The position numbers and the translations under genes are program-made. The notes below the pieces were generated by a model. The model worked only from the letters and a program-made list of their open reading frames with translations, did not search any database and was not told the DNA's origin. A stretch of DNA of 64,000 bases from Octopus vulgaris (taxonomy: Eukaryota). The DNA lies in contig OX597820.1 of assembly GCA_951406725.2 (NCBI GenBank), positions 52,514,001-52,578,000 on the forward strand, in the 5' to 3' direction. The number at the start of each line of letters is the position of its first letter. The first letter of the stretch is position 1. Positions 27,246-37,502 of the stretch are shown here, in pieces.

Positions 27246-28900
27246 GTATGACCCCGTCACCCCCTCCAAATTATTTTCTCTCGTTTCTATTTTCTTTTAT
27301 GGCTTCCAAATTACAGTCCAGTCAATAGATTTTGTCTCCATGGTATCGAAAGAGTATATACTAGTCATTATACATCGAACTCGGCGCTATTGAGTATATT
27401 CTCCCTACAGTACAACTTTTGGCTTTGCCCTAATGTTTGAAACCTTTGTATATTCAAATTTATTTTAACTGAAACCTGACAAAATTGAAACAGTTCTGAG
27501 ATGAGAATTTCTAAAGCTTATGTAAAGGACTGCAATCGCTATAACAGTTTATAGAAAACACGTTAATTTGGTAATCAATAACTACGACACTTTGTAAATG
27601 GCGTACTTCAGAACTTTAGAATGATCGAAAATTTTCATGTATTTCTTCTAAGATTTAGGATCAGGCGAACTAGAGAGAGATAATACAGTATTCCTTCTGA
27701 CCACATTCCTGATATTTAGCAAACATTGATTCCTGGAAAAGGTTGGTGAACTGTGAACAATTTACCAATCTTTTAGAAAGGCCTCCAATAATCTATCAAG
27801 TCTCAAACTTCCAGAACTGGCATGTGTTCAATGAAAGCAATTTATGTCTATCTCCTGCATTCTTCGGTATATTAATGATACTATAGTTGTCACTTTTAAC
27901 GGCATACTACCTAGCTGATAATATCATCATTCACTAAAACTTCCTTCAATATTCCTTAAAATTTCTTCTTCACATAGGTGTTATCTATATAAAATCTAAA
28001 CACATTACGCTAGATTTGTACTTTGCGTCTAGGAACAAAGACATGGAAAACATCTTCCAAGTGATATATGATAATCCATTCATTTTAACAACGTCGTGAC
28101 ACTTTCGCAGATAATTTATCAAGAAAAACGTCTCGTGCTACACTCTATCCTTATAACGACACATTCATTTCATTCTGCTAAGTTACTTATCAATGACTAC
28201 TGCTTAATATTTTGATAGTTATTGCATCCAACTTTATTCATGTAACAAAACTTCGCTACGCATTCTTTTTTTAACGGCTAGAAAATATCTCCGCATTTAT
28301 CAGTAGCAAATCTTAATAGAAAGTGTAAGTGCAATCTATAGAGATCTCTTTAAATATCTGGTTCGACAATACGAATTATACACAAAAGTAACCTATACAT
28401 TAAACGGGAAAATGCTTTATCAGAAGCCGTTGATACAAGTATTTAAATAATGCATATCAATTCCATCATGCATACATGTCTGTATGTATACAGAAGCATC
28501 ATGCGACAAAACAGCTCGTCCCAAATGTGAAAATATATAAAGTTTCATAATAACTTTGCAAGAGAGACATAGACAAAAAGAACCTTCTAACGTTTGCTTG
28601 ATATGCTAAAACTATCAGCATTTGCATCAAATTTTAATGCTACTGAGAACAATGTTTCTTAGATGTACACACATAGCTTATGGTGGCGGGGCTTAAATGC
28701 TTTACTTTATTGATCATCAGTATGTATGTATGTATGTATGTATGTATGTATATATGTATTTATGTATGTATGTATGTATGTATGTATGTATGTATGTATG
28801 TATGTATGCATGTATGTATGTATGTATGTATGCATGTATGTATGTATGAATGTGTATGTATATATATATATATCATATGTATGTATGAATACATGTATGT

Positions 28901-28967
<67 letters not shown>

Positions 28968-28996
28968 TAACTATGTATGCATCTATGTATATATAG

Positions 28997-29420
28997 TCGT
29001 AGGCGTGACTGAATGGTAAGAAGCTTGCTTCCTAACCACATATTTCTGGGTTCAATCCCGCTGCAGGGCACCTTGGGCAAATATCTTCGACTATGGCCTC
29101 GGGCCAACCGAAGCCTTGTTAGTAGATTTGGTAGTCAAAACCAAATGAATCCTGTCGTATTCATATATATATATATGTGTATGTGTGTGTGTTTGCCTGT
29201 TATTGTGTTTGTGTGTATGTGTGCATGCGTGTGTATACTTGTGAATCTGTTTGTTCTCCACTACCGTTTGACAATCGCTGTTGGTGTGTTTATGTCCACG
29301 TAAATTAACATTTCCATAGAATAGATCGATAAGTGCCAGGCTTTAAAAAAGGACTCGAGTCGATACATTCGATAGACGATACTTCAAGGCGGTGTCTCAT
29401 AATGGCTGTAAGCTTATAAC
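28997..29420 (+). mobile_element. SINE family A, diverged full copy
   Basis: gtcgtaggcgtgactgaatggtaagaagcttgc..gggttcaatccc..gcaccttgggcaa, then an internal (TA/TG)n tract and a degenerate 3' half. Confidence 0.8.
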
Positions 29421-29603
29421 TGGAGGAGAAAAAAATACATATATATATATACATATGTATATACTTACATCTATATATATATATGTGTGTGTACATATGT
29501 ATATATGTATATGTATATATACTTTGATACTTTGATAGGTTTCGGCCATTATTGGCCCAGGCCATGTCTAACTTAATAGCACCACCTGGTGAAGTCTTTC
29601 AAG

Positions 29604-32600
29604 TCAGAATTTGGGCACTATGGCCCACTCAAGTAGAGAGTTATTGTTTACAGAGACATATCCGGGTGTAGGGGGTTTATCCGGGATTTCTTGAAGGAAT
29701 CTGTCCAAAGACTTCTTGAACCCTATAGGGTCAGTTTCTGTTTTAATGTGTTTTGGTGTAATGTTAAAGAGAGCGGGGCCAATTGAGGTGAAATAATTGT
29801 GCCGTATTGTTGTTATGAGATGAGAGTGCGATTTTTGTTTTGGGCGGATGGCACGGGGCCCAAGCCTTGGATGTACCTTAAAGGTGATGCCAACATCATT
29901 TGGGCAATGCTGATGGAATATTTTCCACATCATGCAGATGATGTAGCGCTCACGACGACGTTGGAGAGAATAGAGTTTTAGCTTTTCTAGTCGACCCCAA
30001 TAGTCGAGGCCTGTCATGCCATCTATCTTTTTTGTGATTGCCCTTTGAGGTGCTTCGACTTTTTTGATACCTTGTATTGTGTGGGGAGACCACAGTGGAC
30101 AACAGTATTCAAGGTGGGGTCGGGCAAAAGTGGAGAAGAGAAGGATAATGGTGTGGATATCTCTCGACTGGAAAGTTCTGAGAATCCAGGAACACATTCT
30201 GCGGGCCATGTCAACTTTGGTGTTTATATGAGTGGCCCAGCTTACGTTGTTGTCCACAATTACTCCCAAGTCTCTGATGTTGTTGGACGCCGCGAGAGTT
30301 TCACCTGAAGGAAGGGAGTATGGGAGTTTCAGGGCATCCTCTTTTCCAAAGTGGATTAGCTCAAATTTATCCTCGTTCAGCAGCATATTGTTTTTTTCTG
30401 CCCATTGGATAACAGCCAGTAGATCTGACTGAAGGCATGTCCGGTCACTCGCCTCATTTATGACCTTCTGTAGCTTGGAGTCATCAGCAAAGATTTTTAT
30501 GTTGCTGTGCTTGATGATGTCATTAATGTCATTAATGTAAATGATGAAAAGAAGTGGGCCCAGCACAGTGCCTTGCGGAACGCCACTACTGACTTTGGCT
30601 GGGCTTGATTTTACCCCTTCAACTACAACCTGTTGAGATCTGTCTGTCAGGAAACACTTAATCCATTTCAGTAACTTTCCAGAGACACCAATGTTGGATA
30701 GTTTTTTCAATAGGATCTTGTGATCGACCCTGTCGAAGGCCTTACTGAAATCAAGGTAGATGACATCGGTGTTGGAGCCCTCTCCCAAAGCTCTCAAAAT
30801 GTCCTCAAAGTGATGCAGGAGCTGCGTTAGGCAGTCCCTTCCATTACGGAACCCATGTTGGTTGGAGATCAGCCGTCTGTTGCTTTCCAGAAATTGGGTT
30901 ATTTGAGATCTCACCACCCTCTCAAATACCTTGATGATATGAGAGGTGAGTGAGATCGGACGGTAATTCACTGCAAGGGACTTGTTTCCCTTTTTGAAAA
31001 CTGGGACAACAGACTGGGACAGAAGGTTTTTTGGAATATAGCCAGCATCCAGTGAGTTTCTCCACAGATTAGCAAGGGGAGATGCAAGTTGGTGTCGACA
31101 CACCTTCAGGACACAAGCAGGGAACCTATCGGGGCCTACTGCTGAATTGTGTTTTATTTCGTTTATCGCCGCTAAGACATCAGGGGCACTAAACGTTATG
31201 TCCGATATAGTGTGTTGGGGGTTGACATCACTGATACAGCCCAGATCGGCCATATCAGGATTGCTGAAAACAGAGCAGTATTGTTTCTGCAGTATCTCGG
31301 CCATGGATTTGGCATTATCTTGGAGAGTGCCAGTTTCGTCAATTAGAGGGCCTACAGTGGAGACAGTGACCCTGCGTTTCCTCGCAAATGAAAAGAACAC
31401 TTTGGGGTTGAGTTTGATTTTTTCAATGGCCCACTTCTCCTCAGCTGATCTTTGGTTATTGATGAGGGACTTCATGCATTGTTGGAGGTTATATTTTTTG
31501 GATTCAAGCAGTGCGATAGCCGTCGAATGTGTGTGTTGCTGTTGGCAGTACTTTAGTTTGTTAATTTTTTTGTTTGTTCTTTTTATTTTTCTGATAATGG
31601 TTTTTCTGTTTTGGGGGATTCTGCACTTTTTGTTCACAGGTCTTGGTGGGGAGTGTTTTGCACATATGTCTGTGACGGTGTCTACAAAGATCTGCCAAGA
31701 TGTTTTATGGTTGGTGGAGATGTGTGTATGTGTAAAGGACCAGTCAACATTTGATAGCTCGTTCCTGATTGCATCCCAGTTGGCTTTATGGAGATCCATG
31801 TTGTCAAATGGGTGGGCTGGAGGAAGGTCACTAGGATTAGCTTTCGGCTGGTGGAATTTCATGTTACAGAGAACCATGTCATGGTCTGAAAGAAGGGTTT
31901 TTTCCACTGTAACGTTATGTATAGTGTTAGTGTGGTTACTAAACACTAGGTCCAAAATGTTCTGATGTCTTGTTGGTGCAAGGACAAGTTGGGACAAGAA
32001 AAACTCATTCGTAAAGTCGAAAAGTGACTCTGCTGCTTCTTTGTCAGCGGTTGAGGCGGGAGTGCTTGGTTTCAAACAGTTTGTAGTCCAGTCAACACAG
32101 GGTAGATTGAAGTCTCCCATCATGAGTATGTTGCTAGAATGGCACTGTTGAATAAAGCACTTAATGCTGTTGAGGCATTCTTTAAAGCACAGTATGGGTG
32201 TTTGGGGCGGCCTATAGAGCCCAATTACTGTCAGATCATTGGCTTTGTTGTGCACGGTGACTGATTCACAGTAGCCGTTGGAGAATATACTATTTCCATC
32301 TGCCGTAAATGAATCATGCAGGAAAATGGCAGTTCCACCCTTCCTCCTGCCGATACGATCCGCGCGGATGGTTGTGAAATTCTTCACTCTCACTTCGGCT
32401 TCCAAGTGGGAGTTGTCAAGGTGGGTCTCAGTGAGAATGAAGAAAGGGATGTGGTGTGAATGGTTACCAACCCAGTCTTCAATGAATTGGACCTTCCATT
32501 TTTGTGCATTGATGGAAGGGCTGACACCTTGTGCATTGAGTAGGAATGTGGAGGTTAGTGTAGTGGCTGGTTTTGACTGTTGCAGAGGGCTTGGATTTTT

Positions 32601-33218
32601 TGTGTGTGTTAGTGGCAGCAATGTGGGGAATTGGTGCACTGGGGTAATAGCATAGGATGGTGTTGAGTGATGGCTAGAATGTTTTTGTAGTATCTCTTTT
32701 GCCATGTTCAACATGGCTAAAGAATTTTCCTGCTTAGGGAGCAGTTTTTGGCTGGAGGTGTGGTTGCACTGTTGGATAGGGTTGTAGTTTCCACTTTTGT
32801 TGTTGTTGTTTTTGTTTTTGTGTCTTCCTGAAAAGACTGGACCAGCATTACTGCAGCATGGTGTGTTTCTATTTTTATTGTTATTCAGGTTTGTGTGTTG
32901 GCTTGAGGCCCCGTTTCTGTTTGTGCGTCGGGTCCCTGGAAGATGAGTGAAGGGACAGTCACTCAGTAGACATGTTCTCTCACGTTGGGAATACCGGCAG
33001 ATTTTGGGACTCCGAGTTGTGTGTGTTTTGAATTTCGATTTACTATTTGGTGGTGTTGATGTTATTGTGGGATGCGTGCTTTGGCCTTGGCCAGTAGTGC
33101 GTCTAGTGCCGGGTAGATGCGTGAAGATGCAGTCACTATTTGTGCAGAGTCTCTGGCGCAGTGAATAGCGGCATATTTGGGGATTTCTTGTTTGTGCCGT
33201 GGGGGCGCATTCTGCTTC
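29604..33218 (-). CDS. LINE pol frame: 2x CCCH zinc finger, APE endonuclease, reverse transcriptase (first ATG at 32714; frame open to 33218)
   Basis: APE motifs: LNAQG, LTETHL, YRPP, MGDFN, PTRH..ILDLVF, SDHD. RT motifs: YRPISLTS, QHGFR, YLDFSKAFDRVDH, SGVPQGTVLGPLLF, FADD. By manual translation the same frame has no stop up to 33218 and includes CRYSLRQRLCTNSDCIFTH (33117-33173) and CRYSQRERTCLLSDCPFTH (32943-32999). Confidence 0.93.
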   Translation of the reverse strand, partial: EAECAPTAQTRNPQICRYSLRQRLCTNSDCIFTHLPGTRRTTGQGQSTHPTITSTPPNSKSKFKTHTTRSPKICRYSQRERTCLLSDCPFTHLPGTRRTNRNGASSQHTNLNNNKNRNTPCCSNAGPVFSGRHKNKNNNNKSGNYNPIQQCNHTSSQKLLPKQENSLAMLNMAKEILQKHSSHHSTPSYAITPVHQFPTLLPLTHTKNPSPLQQSKPATTLTSTFLLNAQGVSPSINAQKWKVQFIEDWVGNHSHHIPFFILTETHLDNSHLEAEVRVKNFTTIRADRIGRRKGGTAIFLHDSFTADGNSIFSNGYCESVTVHNKANDLTVIGLYRPPQTPILCFKECLNSIKCFIQQCHSSNILMMGDFNLPCVDWTTNCLKPSTPASTADKEAAESLFDFTNEFFLSQLVLAPTRHQNILDLVFSNHTNTIHNVTVEKTLLSDHDMVLCNMKFHQPKANPSDLPPAHPFDNMDLHKANWDAIRNELSNVDWSFTHTHISTNHKTSWQIFVDTVTDICAKHSPPRPVNKKCRIPQNRKTIIRKIKRTNKKINKLKYCQQQHTHSTAIALLESKKYNLQQCMKSLINNQRSAEEKWAIEKIKLNPKVFFSFARKRRVTVSTVGPLIDETGTLQDNAKSMAEILQKQYCSVFSNPDMADLGCISDVNPQHTISDITFSAPDVLAAINEIKHNSAVGPDRFPACVLKVCRHQLASPLANLWRNSLDAGYIPKNLLSQSVVPVFKKGNKSLAVNYRPISLTSHIIKVFERVVRSQITQFLESNRRLISNQHGFRNGRDCLTQLLHHFEDILRALGEGSNTDVIYLDFSKAFDRVDHKILLKKLSNIGVSGKLLKWIKCFLTDRSQQVVVEGVKSSPAKVSSGVPQGTVLGPLLFIIYINDINDIIKHSNIKIFADDSKLQKVINEASDRTCLQSDLLAVIQWAEKNNMLLNEDKFELIHFGKEDALKLPYSLPSGETLAASNNIRDLGVIVDNNVSWATHINTKVDMARRMCSWILRTFQSRDIHTIILLFSTFARPHLEYCCPLWSPHTIQGIKKVEAPQRAITKKIDGMTGLDYWGRLEKLKLYSLQRRRERYIICMMWKIFHQHCPNDVGITFKVHPRLGPRAIRPKQKSHSHLITTIRHNYFTSIGPALFNITPKHIKTETDPIGFKKSLDRFLQEIPDKPPTPGYVSVNNNSLLEWAIVPKF

Positions 33219-33841
33219 CTATGTTTCTTTAAGTTTTTGTTACTGCAGTAGTATTGAGGTGGTGATGTGGGGGAAGAGGGCAGTGGTTTCTTATTTGGTT
33301 TTCTGTTGGTATTTTTGGTGATAGAAGACGATGGTGGCAGCGGTGGTGATGATGATGATGATAATTGTGGTGGTTGCTGTGAGAGCGGTGAAAAGATACT
33401 GGCATTTAGTGAATCGTCTAGTAAGCTAGAGTTGAGGAGTGGCTGTTGTTGTTCTTGTTGCTGTGGCTGTTGTTGTTGTTGTTGTGCCTGACCGATGTCA
33501 GGGTCAGCCATTGTGTTGGGAACCAGGAGTGGCTCATTCTGTTGTTGTTGTTGTTGTGGCTGCTGATTTTCTAGCTGTTGTTGTTCTTGAACTGTGAAAA
33601 TATGTAGAAGCTTTTCATAATGGCCTCTTATCAGTTTGAAAGATACTTCGATATGTTTCAACTTGCTACGAATCTGTTTGACGGATCGTGTGTTGACCAC
33701 TTGTGATGTTTTTTCGGCAATCTCATTCAAACACAAGACATTTAGATTTTCTGTCTGGGAAAGAGAGAGCCATGTGTTTATTAAAACATCAATTTCGTTA
33801 TCAGACCAATTTCGTCTGTTGCAGGCCTGCAAGTTAGTCAT
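33062..33841 (-). CDS. LINE N-terminal ORF: Myb/SANT(trihelix)-like domain, polyQ and Ser/Pro-rich linker (last ~45 codons probably out of frame)
   Basis: RRNWSDNEIDVLINTW...NEIAEK....TRSVKQIRSKLKHI fits the Myb/SANT-like pattern R.NW...E...LI..W...IA......R...Q...K. It is followed by polyQ and S/P-rich low-complexity sequence. Confidence 0.72.
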   Translation of the reverse strand: MTNLQACNRRNWSDNEIDVLINTWLSLSQTENLNVLCLNEIAEKTSQVVNTRSVKQIRSKLKHIEVSFKLIRGHYEKLLHIFTVQEQQQLENQQPQQQQQQNEPLLVPNTMADPDIGQAQQQQQQPQQQEQQQPLLNSSLLDDSLNASIFSPLSQQPPQLSSSSSPPLPPSSSITKNTNRKPNKKPLPSSPTSPPQYYCSNKNLKKHRKQNAPPRHKQEIPKYAAIHCARDSAQIVTASSRIYPALDALLAKAKARIPQ

Positions 33842-34134
33842 GTTTGTTTTTCTTTTGTTTGTTTTCCTTTTGATTTTTGAAAATATATATATTCTTTCTT
33901 GGGAGTTAAAGAAGTGTATATATATATAAATGTTCTCTCTTAAGGGTGTGAGTTTTTGATTATTTGGTTGTTTGAGGATATTAAAAGAAAAACAGGTGTA
34001 TATAACAATTTGTAGTTAAATGAAAACGTACTTACGGGTTTGTAGGCAAACACGTGGTTACAAATATATATATATTTAAGGTCAGTTAGTTTTGAAGCTG
34101 TGTAGCTTGCTACTGACTCGGGAGAGAAACAAAT

Positions 34135-34166
34135 AGACGTCCGTCCAGTTCAACAGTTAATCCACT
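34135..34166 (-). promoter_or_regulatory. Putative internal Pol II promoter at the LINE 5' end (Inr-like AGT plus DPE-like GGACGT)
   Basis: The element starts agtggattaactgttgaactggacggacgtct. GGACGT at about +25 to +30 resembles the downstream element of jockey/I-type LINE promoters. Confidence 0.45.
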
Positions 34167-34327
34167 ATATATATATATATAAATATATATACATATATAT
34201 ACACATATATACATATATATATACACATATATACATATATATCTATATAGACCTATATATATATATATACATATATATTTATATATTCATGCATATGCTT
34301 ATATATATACGCATACATATATGTATG

Positions 34328-34359
<32 letters not shown>

Positions 34360-34381
34360 TGTATATATACTTATGTATAGA

Positions 34382-34430
<49 letters not shown>

Positions 34431-35479
34431 CCCCCGTTTGAGTGTATAAAACTGTAGAAGAAAACAGGAGAGAATTAGAAGGCAAATCGACGTGCAATTT
34501 GAATACGTATTAGGCTACAATTCGTCTTAGCTATCTGTTCTCATATTTTAGAAGAAAAACGTTTTTATAAACTTCATTAAATGCCCTGAATGGGAGGAAT
34601 CTAATACCACGATAAACGACGATGATAAACAAAGGAGACAGGTTCATAGAGCAAAAGCGGACAATTATGTGAGTAATTACTTATAAATTTATTGCCAACA
34701 AAAACCCTCTAAGCGAAATGAAGAGCAGAGAAATTTACACCTGTTTCGGTACAGTTCCAGATTCGATTTGGTTCTACTAGATGTATGTATAATGTAGATG
34801 TATTTGGTGTGTAAAAATGCATGTGCTAAAAGTTTTTCGCTTTTCCAATATTTTTGAAAATATGCATATTTAATAAATCATAAGCAGAGAGCGGGTTTTC
34901 AGTGCAAAATTTATCAGAATTTTTAGGTGCAGTTCTTAAGTGCAAATGAAGTAGTCTTCGGTACAAAAGTTATTATTCTTCGTTCAAATCTAATAAAAAT
35001 GCCAGGATTCTAAAATATATAATTATAAATAAACCAGTTTCAGCTCATTAAATAATAAGTTTCAGTTGACGTATTCAAAATGGGGTTTATTTTTTAATTA
35101 TTAGGACAAACTTTGCTTTCATGCTTAATTTTTGTAGCAAATAGTAAAAAATTATCAATACAAATAATTGATAATTAAAACATTAAATAAATAATAACTA
35201 ACTAAAAAATTAAATAAGAGTATCAAATTAAGAATTTTTAATTTATCAAATTAAAAATATTAATACTGGATAAATTAAGGAGAATCGGGTATTAAAAATT
35301 GATCATTGCCAAATTGATGTGTGCATTTGAATATCAATTGACCAAAACTTTTAACATGATTTTTCTTAGTCTTAATTCTTTTTTTTATTTTCAATTTCGT
35401 AATTTGTTATTTCGTAAACATTATACACAAGCGTCTACTGTTATTCTTCTGTTCCTTTCTCACTCTTTTCCTGATCATC

Positions 35480-35696
35480 ATGCAGGAAGTATGAGAGGTA
35501 GCAGAGGATTGGTCAAGGGAAACAGCAAGTGCCACTGCGATGTTCTTTATGACAATACGCATGTCTTTAACTAGCTAGTTGTCTAATGTTTAATTTGTCA
35601 CGGTTATGTCAAATGTACCTTGGCTCTGATCTATGAAGAAATACGCGATGTGCTCAAGGTGTTCCTCGAGGTGAACAGGATAAACCGATGTTGTCT
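35480..35696 (+). pseudogene. H4: Degenerate histone H4 pseudogene (orphon)
   Basis: Gap-free codon alignment to H4 residues 2-63: GSMRGSRGLVKGNSKCHCDVLYDNTHVFN*LVV*CLICHGYVKCTLALIYEEIRDVLKVFLE versus [62 protein letters not shown]. A possible 'DVV' remnant follows a deletion. Confidence 0.88.
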
Positions 35697-36252
35697 CAAA
35701 CTAATCAACACATATATTTTGTAATACTTTCTAACTAGCATCATCTAATTCATCTACTACAACTTTATAAGCATTTATTCTTCTGTATTTCGAGGTCCTC
35801 CTTTTCTTTTTTGTGTAATACACCCTTTGCCATAGTATAAAATTAACTATTTCACAATAATTAAAGTATCTAAAAAAAAATTATAATTTTAGCAGCTAAA
35901 TTTTTGTAGTTTTTTTCTCAATACCGATTATTTACTTTGTAAAAAACGTTACCTGTAAAAATGAATGTATAAGAACGAAAATATGGGCTGACTAGTGAAA
36001 TACAGCTAATTACCTTGAAAGGTTCAGGTAAAGACATATGAAAGTTTTAAAATATTGGAACTAAATTTTGAATTTGAATTTAGTATGTCTTCTGTAGATT
36101 GTGCTACAAAGGGGTAAATGTTAGCAACATATAAAAGAGATGACTAGAGTACCCTTGCGACATATGCGTTCAACTTTGCGGGGCCAGTTTCTTTCCCCCG
36201 TAGCACCCTTTCATATGCATCCATGAGCACATAGCCAATAGTTTGTGCTGAT

Positions 36253-36431
36253 CTATATTTAAGAGATTAGGAATTATGTACATTATTTACATTATTTACA
36301 TTTGACGGATATTTGTCCTCATCTTGTTTGTTGTAAACTCAATGTTTCGGCTGATATACCCTCCAGTCTTCCTCAGGTGTCTTGGGGATATTTCGAACCT
36401 GGGTTCTCATCCCTAACGTATTTTTCTATGC

Positions 36432-36498
<67 letters not shown>

Positions 36499-36606
36499 GT
36501 TATTATTATTATTAATCTTATTATTATTCAAGTCACTGCTTGGAATCGGACTCGGGATCTAGGGGTTAGTAGCTCGCGCTCTTAACCACTACGCCATATG
36601 CCCGTG
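36253..36606 (-). mobile_element. tRNA-headed SINE-like element with (AAT)n spacer and hammerhead-containing body (family H)
   Basis: Reverse complement of the 49905-50205 element: head gggcatatggcgtagtggttaagagcgcg, then (AAT)n, then a body with a mutated hammerhead (gacac-ctgagga..cagcc-gaaacatt). Confidence 0.85.
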
Positions 36607-36612
36607 AGCATA

Positions 36613-36769
36613 TAATAATAGCATCGAAAAATACCTTAGGAATGAGAACACAGGTTCGAAATTTCCCCAAGACACCTGATGAAGGCTGGAGGGTATATCA
36701 GCCGAAACGTTGTGTTAACAACAAGCAAGATGAGGACAAATATCTGTCAATTGTAAATAACGTAAATAA
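36613..36769 (+). mobile_element. Inverted partial duplicate of the family H body
   Basis: Same body sequence as 36253-36440 in opposite orientation. It lacks the tRNA head and starts 7 nt from the 5' end of the minus-strand copy. Confidence 0.85.
36671..36716 (+). ncRNA. Minimal type I hammerhead ribozyme motif
   Basis: gacac-CTGATGA-a-ggctg(gagggtatat)cagcc-GAAAC-GTT-gtgtt. Stem I is gacac/gtgtt, the core is intact, stem II has 5 bp, and stem III is the loopless palindrome AACGTT. Confidence 0.8.
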
Positions 36770-37433
36770 GTTTATGATGAGTCTGAGGAAAATAAATAAA
36801 CTCTTGTGCATTATGTTAAAGAGTAGTTTGTTTGATCAAGTTTTGTAGACGTCACGAATTTCTGGATATCAAGAGCCCATCAATGTTTGATTTTTAGATC
36901 TTCAGTGGCATAGACGCCGAAATATTTGTGTCATGTGGGGAGGAATTTCGTTTGAAGGTGGAAGAAATTAGGTTCCACGAAAATCACCACAGGAGTTATC
37001 TCTCTCTAATTCTGAACCAACTAAATGTTATTGCCTATTTGACTCGGCACGTTTAAGAGCTTTCTGAGCACAATCCCCGCCCCCTAAATGAAGACACATT
37101 TCTGTAAGCCTAAATTCCCACTCAGCTCTGTGTTGGAAAACCATGAGAGAAAGATTACAGTGAATCATAAATGAGTAATTGAAACCTCCTCCTGTAATCC
37201 ACTATATATTATTTGATCGAAAATAAACATAAGGAAACAATTTCCTTCATTAAGTGAGACGTGTGTGCTTTTACATTTGAATGAAAATATAATCAGCATA
37301 TCATTTTTATTTCACATCAAAATTCTTATAGAATACGTTTAAACATCCACTTCTTGCGAATATATATTCCAACATTAATTAAAAGTATTATCTATCACAC
37401 CTGCATCCAAAATCTTCCTACTGATCTATACAA

Positions 37434-37502
<69 letters not shown>

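Larger units (their letters stand above)
29521..34166 (-). mobile_element. Apparently full-length APE-RT LINE of the CR1/L2 group, inserted in a (TA)n-type tract
   Basis: 5'UTR of ~325 nt, a Myb/SANT-like ORF, and an uninterrupted APE+RT frame. The ~80-nt 3'UTR ends in the tandem 8-mer (tatcaaag)2, like CR1-type tails. TA-rich microsatellite abuts both ends. Confidence 0.93.

Noticed and set aside
31147-32655. Plus-strand ORFs of 272 and 125 aa inside the LINE
   Set aside because: They are antisense shadows of the long pol ORF with no recognisable motifs.
33228-33242. caaaaac/ttaaag A-rich run as a programmed -1 slippery site
   Set aside because: The -1 frame hits TAG at 33219-33221 just downstream, so a shift here cannot reach the zinc fingers.
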